Below, in pieces: positions 56,343 to 64,000 of a stretch of DNA of 64,000 bases. A program made the position numbers and the translations under genes. Numbering within the stretch: the stretch's first letter is position 1; each line of letters opens with the position of its first letter. The notes under the pieces are model-generated. The model was not told the origin of the DNA, ran no database searches, and saw only the letters and a list, made by a program, of their open reading frames with translations. Location: NCBI GenBank assembly GCA_020347645.1, contig CP070736.1, forward strand, positions 105,788 through 169,787. The letters are read 5' to 3'. The DNA is from Methanobacteriota archaeon. GTDB taxonomy: Archaea; Thermoplasmatota; Thermoplasmata; UBA10834.

Positions 56343-59222
56343 ATGGCTCTGGATTTCCCGCAGATAGAGGCGAAGTGGCAGGACGCATGGTACAGCGCGC
56401 GCGTCAACGAATCCGAGCCCGAGCAGGGCAAGCCGAAGTTCTTCATGATCTTCGCGTACCCCGGAGTAACGGGCTACCTCCACGTTGGACACATGCGAGG
56501 CTACACGGTCTCCGATGCTATCGTGCGATACAAGCTCATGACCGGCTACAACGTCCTGTTCCCAGTCGGAACACATGCCACAGGGAACGGTGCCATCAGC
56601 TTTGCCCGGAGGGTCGAGCGACGTGACCCTGCTACCGTCGACATACTCACCTCGAATGGATGTTCCGAAGAGACACTGTCGCGCCTCGAAGACCCGCTTG
56701 AGGTCGTTCGGTTCTTCAACGGCATATACCTGAACGATTATTGGAAGCGCTTCGGCTTCTTCTCTGATTGGCGCAGATTTACGAGCACAATCAACCCAGA
56801 CTACATGCGTTTCATCGAGTGGCAGATGCTCAAGCTGAGAGCCGAGGGACTGCTGATTCAGAAACCATACTATGCCGCCGCATGCGTCGAACACGGCCCT
56901 GTCGCAATCGACGCATCGGAAACCGACATATCGAAGGGTGGGAGCGCAGAGGTACTCGAGTATTCATTGCTGAAGTTCGAACTCGAGGATGGCCGGAAGC
57001 TCGCCGCCGCAACTCTGCGACCCGAGACAGTCTTTGGGCTGACCAACTTCTGGGTCAACCCAGAGGTTGAATATGTCGACGCCAGAGTCGGCGATGAGAC
57101 TTGGGTGGTTTCGCGGCAGGCCGCCGAGAAGCTCGCGCTGCAGATGGACGATGTCGAAGTGGTGGATTCCGCCGATGGTGGGTCCCTTATTGGGAAAAGC
57201 TGCAAGGCTCCCTACACCGAAAAGACGATTCGCATATTCCCGTCTGCACTGTGCGATCCCGACGTCGGCACAGGCCTGGTGATGAGCGTCCCGTCGGACG
57301 CGCCCGTCGATTGGGTTGGCCTGGTCGAACTCAGGGGAGATTCCTTGGTCAGGAAAGAGTACGGCATAACTGATGCAATGCTGAATGAAGCTGCCCCCGT
57401 AGCGATAATAGACACTCCAGGATACGGCCCGCTCCCAGCTGTCGAAGTCACGGAACGCATGGGGATAAGCTCGCTCGACGACCCGCGGCTGGATGAAGCG
57501 ACGAGAGAGGTATACAAGACCGGATTCCACAAGGGAGTGATGAACAGCTCCTCCGGCGATTTCGCCGGATGGCACGTCGAGCGGGCAAAGGACGCGGTAA
57601 GGGAGCAGATGATCGAGAGCGGAGCTGCTGCGATGTTCTATGATCTATCGGAGGAGGTCCTGTGTCGCTGCGGCAACAAGGTGCTTGTGAAGAAGATACC
57701 CGACCAATGGTTCATCGACTACGGAAACGCCGCACTGAAGGAGAGTTCAAAGGAGCATGCCCTCACGATGAAGATTCTCCCGAAGGAATATCATGACAAC
57801 ATTCAGAACGTCCTCGAATGGTATCGTGAGAGGGCTTGTGTTCGACTTGGCAATTGGCTGGGAACACCGTTCCCGCTGGACGACCGATGGATCGTTGAGG
57901 CCATTGCGGACAGCACGCTGTATCCGATATACTACGTGCTGGCAAAATACGCAAACGAGGGATTGATGCGACCGGAGGAAATGAACGAGCCGTTCTTCGA
58001 CTATGTCCTCCTTGGCAGGGGTGATGTTCAGACTGTTGCGTGCGCGACAGGCATCGACACGAAGGTGTTGAGCGCCGCAAGAGCAGAGTTCGAATACTGG
58101 TATCCTCTGGATATCAATCTCGGAGGCAAAGAGCATATGACCGTTCACTTCCCCGTCTTTCTGATGAACCACGTAGGCATACTTAGGCAAGAGCACTGGC
58201 CTATGGGCATCATAGTCAATTGGTACATCACGGCTACGGGCGGCAAGATATCCAAGTCCAAGGGCGGGGCGCAGCCCATCCCAGACGCGGCAGAACGATT
58301 CGGAGTAGACGCAATGCGACTCTTCTACGCTCACATTGCGTCGCTGTATGTCGACGTCGCATGGGAGGACGAGAAGGTCCAATCGTACAGGGACCGGATA
58401 GAGCGTATATGGAACTTCGTTGTGGACTCCATCGAGATGAACGACGGTCCCGCCTCGGACGTGGACGCCTGGCTCAGAGCGCGGGTTGAGAGTTGGATTG
58501 CAGAGGCACATGCGTACATGGAGCAGTACGACCTTCGATCGTATGCGAACAACGTGTACTTCGAGATCTCCCAAGACTTCAAGTGGTACCTGAGGAGAGG
58601 TGGTGCGTCGAAGGAAGTCGTCGGTGAGGCGCTCCGTACGTGGACCCAGCTAATGGCTCCGATTACCCCGCACTTGGCAGAGGAGATATGGGAGCGCCTC
58701 GGTATGCCCAGGTTCGTATCGAACTCGCAGTTGCGATCCGCCAGGAGAACCGAATCGACCGAGCTGGAGGAGGCAAAGGAGCGGCTTCTATCGAGCCTTA
58801 TCACGGACATATCCGAGATCCTCAGGGTCACTTCGATCAAGCCTTCGAAGGTGGTTCTGATGACCGCTCCCCGATGGAAGAACGACGTCCTCGACAACGC
58901 TCTGTCAGGTGGTGAAGAGGGAGCGGACGTGGGCAGGCTAGTCAAGGAAGCCATGCCTTCTTTGCCGCAGGATGCCCGCAAGGAATTGCCCGCGTTCGCG
59001 AAGGCCGTCGCATCAGAAGTAGGAAGGATGTCGCCTGATGAAAGGCGTAGGGCGTCTGCTCGGGTCGATGAGCTCACGGTACTGAGGGTGGCGAAGGAGT
59101 TCCTGGAAGACTACTTCAGATGCGAGGTTCTGGTGTTCTCCGCGGACGACACGGCGAAGCTGGACCCCGAGAACCGTGCGAGACAGGCGAGACCGGGAAG
59201 GCCCGCAATACATGTCGAATAA
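56343..59222 (+). CDS. leuS: Leucyl-tRNA synthetase (archaeal type)
   Basis: GYLHVGH, AATLRPET, GTGLVMSVP, GGKEH, KISKSKG, A.PGRPAI. Confidence 0.97.
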   Translation: MALDFPQIEAKWQDAWYSARVNESEPEQGKPKFFMIFAYPGVTGYLHVGHMRGYTVSDAIVRYKLMTGYNVLFPVGTHATGNGAISFARRVERRDPATVDILTSNGCSEETLSRLEDPLEVVRFFNGIYLNDYWKRFGFFSDWRRFTSTINPDYMRFIEWQMLKLRAEGLLIQKPYYAAACVEHGPVAIDASETDISKGGSAEVLEYSLLKFELEDGRKLAAATLRPETVFGLTNFWVNPEVEYVDARVGDETWVVSRQAAEKLALQMDDVEVVDSADGGSLIGKSCKAPYTEKTIRIFPSALCDPDVGTGLVMSVPSDAPVDWVGLVELRGDSLVRKEYGITDAMLNEAAPVAIIDTPGYGPLPAVEVTERMGISSLDDPRLDEATREVYKTGFHKGVMNSSSGDFAGWHVERAKDAVREQMIESGAAAMFYDLSEEVLCRCGNKVLVKKIPDQWFIDYGNAALKESSKEHALTMKILPKEYHDNIQNVLEWYRERACVRLGNWLGTPFPLDDRWIVEAIADSTLYPIYYVLAKYANEGLMRPEEMNEPFFDYVLLGRGDVQTVACATGIDTKVLSAARAEFEYWYPLDINLGGKEHMTVHFPVFLMNHVGILRQEHWPMGIIVNWYITATGGKISKSKGGAQPIPDAAERFGVDAMRLFYAHIASLYVDVAWEDEKVQSYRDRIERIWNFVVDSIEMNDGPASDVDAWLRARVESWIAEAHAYMEQYDLRSYANNVYFEISQDFKWYLRRGGASKEVVGEALRTWTQLMAPITPHLAEEIWERLGMPRFVSNSQLRSARRTESTELEEAKERLLSSLITDISEILRVTSIKPSKVVLMTAPRWKNDVLDNALSGGEEGADVGRLVKEAMPSLPQDARKELPAFAKAVASEVGRMSPDERRRASARVDELTVLRVAKEFLEDYFRCEVLVFSADDTAKLDPENRARQARPGRPAIHVE

Positions 59223-59346
59223 CCGTCGAGTTGATCTCAGCAGGACAGGGGCCATGTATGCCTTTTGCGGGCATTTCTGAAGTGATAATGGAGAGGCAAA
59301 GGATTAAAACCAGGCTTTGGAGATATCTGACTCATCGGTTGGCGTT

Positions 59347-61188
59347 ATGAGGAAATCGGTGCCCGTGTTGGCTCTGACCATATTCGCAGCCTTTTTCTTT
59401 TCGTTTACAGGACAGGCGGTCTCGCAGAATGACCACGCCACCGAAGCCGATATTGTCGTCGAGACGCGTATGCAGATGACCAGCGTAGCCAGCCTCGACG
59501 GCTCGGGCAGCATCAAGGTCACCTTCAAGGGCGACACCGCTCGGGAGTGCAGGCAGCACATCCTATCGGAGTTCGACAGCAGCATGAATCAGGTGATCGA
59601 GGCCGATGAGGCGATAGACTTCCTTGTCGCGTTCGCCTCAGAGATCGACGGAAGTCTCTATTGGGGAGTCACCTTGTCGCTGACGACGGACTTCTTGAAC
59701 GTCAGCCTGACCGAAGTGGCCGACGTGACGGATGGACTCGTTTCACAGAGCTGGGACTCGACGGACGACCTCGTTTTGCGGATGGATTTCGATGGCAATG
59801 GTGAGGGCTTCTCCAAAGTCATATTCATTACGCAGACTACGATCAACACGGTCTGCGGCGCCTTGCGCGATTCTACAGGCTACTTGTTCGATGGAGTGAT
59901 GAGGGTGGAGCACCGAACAATATCGTTCGGATTCGGCAGCTTCGTCTCACCCGAGATCGCGAGCGGATCCATACAGGAGATCAGGACGCCAGCTGGCGTA
60001 GTCCTGTGGTATTCCTCCCAGTTCGAAGTGGAGAATTCAACGAGCGCGGAGAACGAATCGATCTCATACGAGCAATTCTCACCGATAGAGAACCATCAGG
60101 TCGCATTCGCTATCCTGCTGATATGCTCGTTTATAATCATGCGAATGCCTGGTCAGCGCTTCCAGAAGTTCAAGAAGCTGCATCCCAAACGCTACAGGAA
60201 GTATGCCCACCCGAAACAGTCGGTCAGAGCCATAGCCGTTTTATTGGTGGTGGCAACATGGACATTGTACGCCCTGCCCTTCCTCCTGTCGCCGGTGATC
60301 GAGGGGTTCCTTCTGTATTCCATATACTTCATACTCCTTGGCCCAGTGGCTGTGATGGTGCAGTACACTGCGTCAAGGGTTGTCTATGACCGCTCTGCCC
60401 TTGACATACCAGAGGACACGGTCATAGAGGTCAGGCAGGCTATGGCGCCTGAGGAGGAGTCCGAGGCAGCAGGGTTCTGCACCGTCTGCGAAAGGCCGAT
60501 CGATCTCGCCGACGAGCTCCATACTTGCGAGGCGTGTGGAGTAGAGATGCACATCGAGTGCGGGGAGCGGGCCCAGGCATGCCCTGCGTGCGGCGCGATT
60601 CTGTACCCTCAGGACACGCGCTCGATAGAATGCAGGAACTGCGGAGAGTCGTTCCTTCACGCAGGACAAGAGGATCCGTATTCCATTCAATGCACAAGAT
60701 GCGGTGCGTTCCAGGAGGAGGTCGAGGCTGGAAAGAACTACCTGATCGTGGATCGCGACCCGACGATGGCCTATCGTATGATGAGGGCGATGGGCATTTC
60801 GGGCAGGGCTGCGATGGCCATAACCGCTGAGTTTCCAGGCAAGATGAGAGAGGCGCACGAGCTTGGCGAGGAAGTCGACGTCCGCTGGTTTTCCGAGAGC
60901 ACGACCGACATAGACAACGTCAACCCCCACGATCTGGAAGGAGATGCAATGGAGACTGCCTCCACCTTCTTGATGACAACCAAGAGGGCGGGCCTCATGA
61001 TCGATGGCATGTCGTTGCTTTTGGAGTTGAACGGGTTCGACAAGGTCTTGGCGTATGTACGACGACTGAACGACCTCGCAGTCATTCATGGCTCGACCAT
61101 TCTGCTGCATACGGACAAGTCCGAGTTGGAAGAGGAGCAGTTCAAGAGGCTTTCTGACGAATTCGACGAGATACACGACTATCTGTGA
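59347..61188 (+). CDS. Membrane-anchored multidomain protein: secreted domain, 3 TM, Zn-finger array, C-terminal DUF835
   Basis: Signal peptide; CTVC..CEAC..HIEC..CPAC..CRNC..CTRC; GKNYLIV...VRWFS...VNPHDL...IDGMSLL...NGF. Confidence 0.75.
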   Translation: MRKSVPVLALTIFAAFFFSFTGQAVSQNDHATEADIVVETRMQMTSVASLDGSGSIKVTFKGDTARECRQHILSEFDSSMNQVIEADEAIDFLVAFASEIDGSLYWGVTLSLTTDFLNVSLTEVADVTDGLVSQSWDSTDDLVLRMDFDGNGEGFSKVIFITQTTINTVCGALRDSTGYLFDGVMRVEHRTISFGFGSFVSPEIASGSIQEIRTPAGVVLWYSSQFEVENSTSAENESISYEQFSPIENHQVAFAILLICSFIIMRMPGQRFQKFKKLHPKRYRKYAHPKQSVRAIAVLLVVATWTLYALPFLLSPVIEGFLLYSIYFILLGPVAVMVQYTASRVVYDRSALDIPEDTVIEVRQAMAPEEESEAAGFCTVCERPIDLADELHTCEACGVEMHIECGERAQACPACGAILYPQDTRSIECRNCGESFLHAGQEDPYSIQCTRCGAFQEEVEAGKNYLIVDRDPTMAYRMMRAMGISGRAAMAITAEFPGKMREAHELGEEVDVRWFSESTTDIDNVNPHDLEGDAMETASTFLMTTKRAGLMIDGMSLLLELNGFDKVLAYVRRLNDLAVIHGSTILLHTDKSELEEEQFKRLSDEFDEIHDYL

Positions 61189-61751
61189 TTGTCACTGTAT
61201 CTCCCATCCCACTTCCTGGACAGATTATGGCCCAATCCCAGTTGGTCGAGGATTCTACCGACGACGAAATCGACCATGTCGTCCACGGTCTCGGGTCGGG
61301 GATAGAAAGCCGGGCAGGCGGGCATCACAACAGCGCCCGCTTCGGATAGTGTGAGCAGATTGCGGAGATGTATGGTCGATAGAGGGGTTTCTCGCGGGAC
61401 GATTACCAGCTTCCTGCGCTCCTTGAGCGCGACGGCGGCAATCCTGGTCACCAGGTTATCAGCTATTCCGCATGCTATCTTGGACATCGTGGACATGCTG
61501 CAAGGGGCTATCACCATCGCGTCGAAACGTGTCGAGCTAGAGCCGGATGCGAGGGGGGAGAAGAGGTCGTCATTCGTCCAGCTGTGCGTGGCTTTCGAGG
61601 CGATCTCTGATGCAGACAGGCCGGTTTCGCCGTCACACATGAGTGATGCCTCCGATGAGAGCACGACGGTCTTGTCGCACGTAAGACAGTCTATGAGGCG
61701 TACCCCGTATCGGATTCCCGATGCGCCCGTTATGCCGACGACGACGTGCAC
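61179..61751 (-). CDS. ubiX: Flavin prenyltransferase
   Basis: VVGITGASG, SGS, APCSMST, LKERRKLVIVPRETP, PAFY. Confidence 0.95.
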   Translation of the reverse strand: MHVVVGITGASGIRYGVRLIDCLTCDKTVVLSSEASLMCDGETGLSASEIASKATHSWTNDDLFSPLASGSSSTRFDAMVIAPCSMSTMSKIACGIADNLVTRIAAVALKERRKLVIVPRETPLSTIHLRNLLTLSEAGAVVMPACPAFYPRPETVDDMVDFVVGRILDQLGLGHNLSRKWDGRYSDNHR

Positions 61752-61943
61752 GGCCCGTCAATGCGCGCCAGGGGATAAAAGGTATTTGAGATATGCAAAC
61801 GCAAGAGGAAGGGTTCAACGGGCGGTCCAGCCATCTTCTCTGACGGCGCATTTAAATATAAGTAGCAGCTTATCCGCGTTTTGTCGCTACTTTGGCGATT
61901 GTCCAGGATAGCCGACGTGTCATAAGTCCTTTGAGGTAGTTCG

Positions 61944-62399
61944 ATGGCGACAGCTTACGATGTACCCGCCGCAAAGATGGTGCCTAGATTAGCTGAGGAG
62001 CTCAGGAAGCTGGACACGATCAAGCCACCCGAATGGGCAATGTTCGCGAAGGCCGGCAGGCACAGGGAGAAGAGTCCAATTGACGATGGTTGGTGGTTCG
62101 TCAGAGCGGCCGCGGTCCTCAGGAAGGTCTACATAGCCGGTCCAATCGGGACGACGAGGATAGCTGCGGAGTTCGGTGGGAAGGCGGACAGAGGTTCGAA
62201 ACCGAACAAGGCTGTCCGCGGTTCCAGGTCGATAGCCAGGACTACCATCAAGCAGCTGGAGACCAGCCAGCTCGTGCAGAAAGACAAGAACGGCGGCAGA
62301 GTCGTTACCGGAAAGGGGCGAAAGCTCGTTGACGGCCTGGCTACGGAACTGCTGAAGGAAATGGCGACTCAGAATCCTGAGCTCACCAAGTATCTCTGA
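61944..62399 (+). CDS. rps19e: 30S ribosomal protein S19e
   Basis: TAYDVPA, PEWA, WWFVRAAAVLRKVY, GRVVT.KG. Confidence 0.97.
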   Translation: MATAYDVPAAKMVPRLAEELRKLDTIKPPEWAMFAKAGRHREKSPIDDGWWFVRAAAVLRKVYIAGPIGTTRIAAEFGGKADRGSKPNKAVRGSRSIARTTIKQLETSQLVQKDKNGGRVVTGKGRKLVDGLATELLKEMATQNPELTKYL

Positions 62400-62410
62400 G
62401 TGATGGGCGC

Positions 62411-62743
62411 ATGGCGAATGATGACGAGTTGGATTTGCTGCGACAAAGGAAGCTGCAAGAACTGCAGATGAAGGCCCAACAGGAGGCCGCCGCTCAGGAA
62501 CAGGCCAAACAGGTCGAGGCTCAGAGGGCCCTCGTGATGAGGCAGGTGCTCACGCCGGAGGCGAGGGAAAGACTGGCCAATCTCAGGATGACGCGTCCGG
62601 ATGCGGTGGAGCAGGTCGAGAACCAGCTTCTGATGCTGGTCCAATCGGGCAGGTTGTCGCAGCAGATAGACGACTATACGCTCAGGCAGATACTTCGAAA
62701 GGTGATGCCTTCCAAGAGGGAGATCAAGATCGAAAGGAGATGA
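62411..62743 (+). CDS. PDCD5-like dsDNA-binding protein
   Basis: [32 protein letters not shown]. Confidence 0.93.
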   Translation: MANDDELDLLRQRKLQELQMKAQQEAAAQEQAKQVEAQRALVMRQVLTPEARERLANLRMTRPDAVEQVENQLLMLVQSGRLSQQIDDYTLRQILRKVMPSKREIKIERR

Positions 62744-62747
62744 TTGC

Positions 62748-62903
62748 TTGTCCAGACACAAACCGTACGCCAGGAAGATAAGGCTCTTGAAGGCCCTCAG
62801 AGGCAACAGACGCGTTCCAGCCTGGGTCATGATGAGGACGGATAGGAGATTCGTACGTCATCCCAAGAGGAGGCACTGGCGGCGGAACAAGCTGAAGGTA
62901 TGA
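62748..62903 (+). CDS. rpl39e: 50S ribosomal protein L39e (below the ORF-track cutoff)
   Basis: TTG start; [51 protein letters not shown]. Confidence 0.95.
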   Translation: MSRHKPYARKIRLLKALRGNRRVPAWVMMRTDRRFVRHPKRRHWRRNKLKV

Positions 62904-62912
62904 GGGGTAAGC

Positions 62913-63209
62913 ATGGTCGAAGAGCTTGAGAGGGTTTTCACGATCCCTCTGACTGTTACTAAACAGGTGCCGAGGACCAAACGCGCTCCAAGAGCAATCA
63001 AGGAGATCAAGGAGTACGTCAGGAGGCACATGGCTGAGAAGGATTCGTCGGGCATAGAGGACGAGACGCTCAAGAAGGATGTCTGGATAGACCATAGGTT
63101 GAACGAGCAGCTCTGGCGGAAAGGCATCGAGAATCCTCCGAGAAATATCCGAGTAAAGGTGATCCGGTTCGAGGATGGGCTCATAGAAGTCTCCCTCCCA
63201 GAGGAGTGA
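62913..63209 (+). CDS. rpl31e: 50S ribosomal protein L31e
   Basis: ERVFTIPL, KRAPRAIKEIK..V.RHM, LNEQLWRKGIENPP. Confidence 0.96.
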   Translation: MVEELERVFTIPLTVTKQVPRTKRAPRAIKEIKEYVRRHMAEKDSSGIEDETLKKDVWIDHRLNEQLWRKGIENPPRNIRVKVIRFEDGLIEVSLPEE

Positions 63210-63889
63210 GCCAGGCGGAGTATGGCCCGATGCTTAGACTGGGCGACCTCAACGGGAACCCCCACATAGGGGTGTACTGTGCTGCAAGTGAGGATATCGC
63301 GATAGTCGCAGAACCGGTTGAACGCAAGTTTCTAGAGGACCTCAGGGAGGTGTTGAGGGTGGAGATCGCTCTGACGACAGTAGCGGGGTCGAGTGTTGTC
63401 GGTTCGCTGGTCGCTTTGAACTCGAACGGAGCAGTCCTGTCCAACCTCGCCGAGGAGTCCGAGATAGACAAGATGCCGCCTTCGCTCAATATACGGTTCA
63501 TGCCAGACAGAATCAACGCCGCAGGAAACAACATCCTCGTCAATGATAGGGCGGCGTGCGTCCATCCAGCGGCGTCCAAAGGCACGGTTCGCATGCTCGA
63601 GGACGTCCTCGATGTAGAGGTGCAGAAGCGGTCCATCGCAGGCATTGATACCGTCGGCTCCGTGTGCATCGTCACATCAAAGGGTCTCCTGTGTCACCCT
63701 CAGACAGGTGAGGATGAGGTGAGAGCGCTGTCCGACCTGTTTGGTGTGCCGGCAACCGTCGCCACGCTGAATTATGGCACGCCCTACCTGGGAGCCTGCG
63801 CCGTCGCAAACAGCAAGGGTGCATATGTTGGCACACGTTCCACACCCATCGAACTCGGCAGGGTAGAGGACGGCCTTATGCTGTACTGA
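63206..63889 (+). CDS. eif6: Translation initiation factor 6 (aIF6)
   Basis: GNPHIGVY, VGSL...NSNG, GNNILVND, T.NYG..Y.G....ANSKG, TPIELGRVED. Confidence 0.95.
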   Translation: MSQAEYGPMLRLGDLNGNPHIGVYCAASEDIAIVAEPVERKFLEDLREVLRVEIALTTVAGSSVVGSLVALNSNGAVLSNLAEESEIDKMPPSLNIRFMPDRINAAGNNILVNDRAACVHPAASKGTVRMLEDVLDVEVQKRSIAGIDTVGSVCIVTSKGLLCHPQTGEDEVRALSDLFGVPATVATLNYGTPYLGACAVANSKGAYVGTRSTPIELGRVEDGLMLY

Positions 63890-63897
63890 GTCCTCAG

Positions 63898-64000
63898 TCA
63901 CTCTGAGAATACCCAGATGTCTGTTCCTGAAGCGGCCAAGTCGTCTGAGGAGAACTCCACCTCATTACCGACCTTCACTATCCTGTTGCTGTCGACCTTT
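63898..64000 (-). CDS. 3' end of an unidentified convergent gene (partial)
   Basis: Open frame ...KVDSNRIVKVGNEVEFSSDDLAASGTDIWVFSE-stop runs to the window edge. Confidence 0.4.
   Translation of the reverse strand, partial: KVDSNRIVKVGNEVEFSSDDLAASGTDIWVFSE

Noticed and set aside
1-64000. CRISPR arrays, rRNA, IS elements, SECIS
   Set aside because: No regularly spaced repeats, rRNA-like tracts, transposase ORFs or in-frame TGA selenoprotein candidates were seen.

Overview
Core chromosomal segment of a GC-rich archaeon. The gene set (Thermoplasmata-type Hjc, DUF835 proteins, psmB-aCPSF1, protease-less Lon paralogue, rpS19e-PDCD5-L39e-L31e-eIF6) points to Thermoplasmatota; this placement is inference. 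About 65 protein genes cover replication and repair (topA, hjc, nreA-splB, rfcL), translation and tRNA modification (aspS, leuS, trm1, taw1), proteostasis (thermosome, proteasome beta, SAMP), peptide fermentation (two 2-oxoacid:ferredoxin oxidoreductase operons, ADP-forming acyl-CoA synthetase), gluconeogenesis (fbp, tpi, apgM) and a type IV pilus-like locus. There are two tRNAs (Ser-CGA, Leu-TAG). No CRISPR array, rRNA or transposase was seen. The main signals outside the ORF track are: (1) a box C/D guide RNA whose guides fit pre-tRNA-Met C34 and 23S helix-69 C1920; (2) a catalytic-domain-only tyrosine recombinase behind a ~1 kb AT-rich, hairpin- and repeat-rich non-coding region; (3) an FtsZ paralogue lacking its C-terminal activation domain behind a double-RHH regulator, whose promoter shares a 14/15-identical palindrome with the recombinase promoter; (4) an unexplained ~120-nt multi-stem RNA-like element between psmB and a receiver/DUF835 pair. 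All calls come from manual reading; no database search was run.
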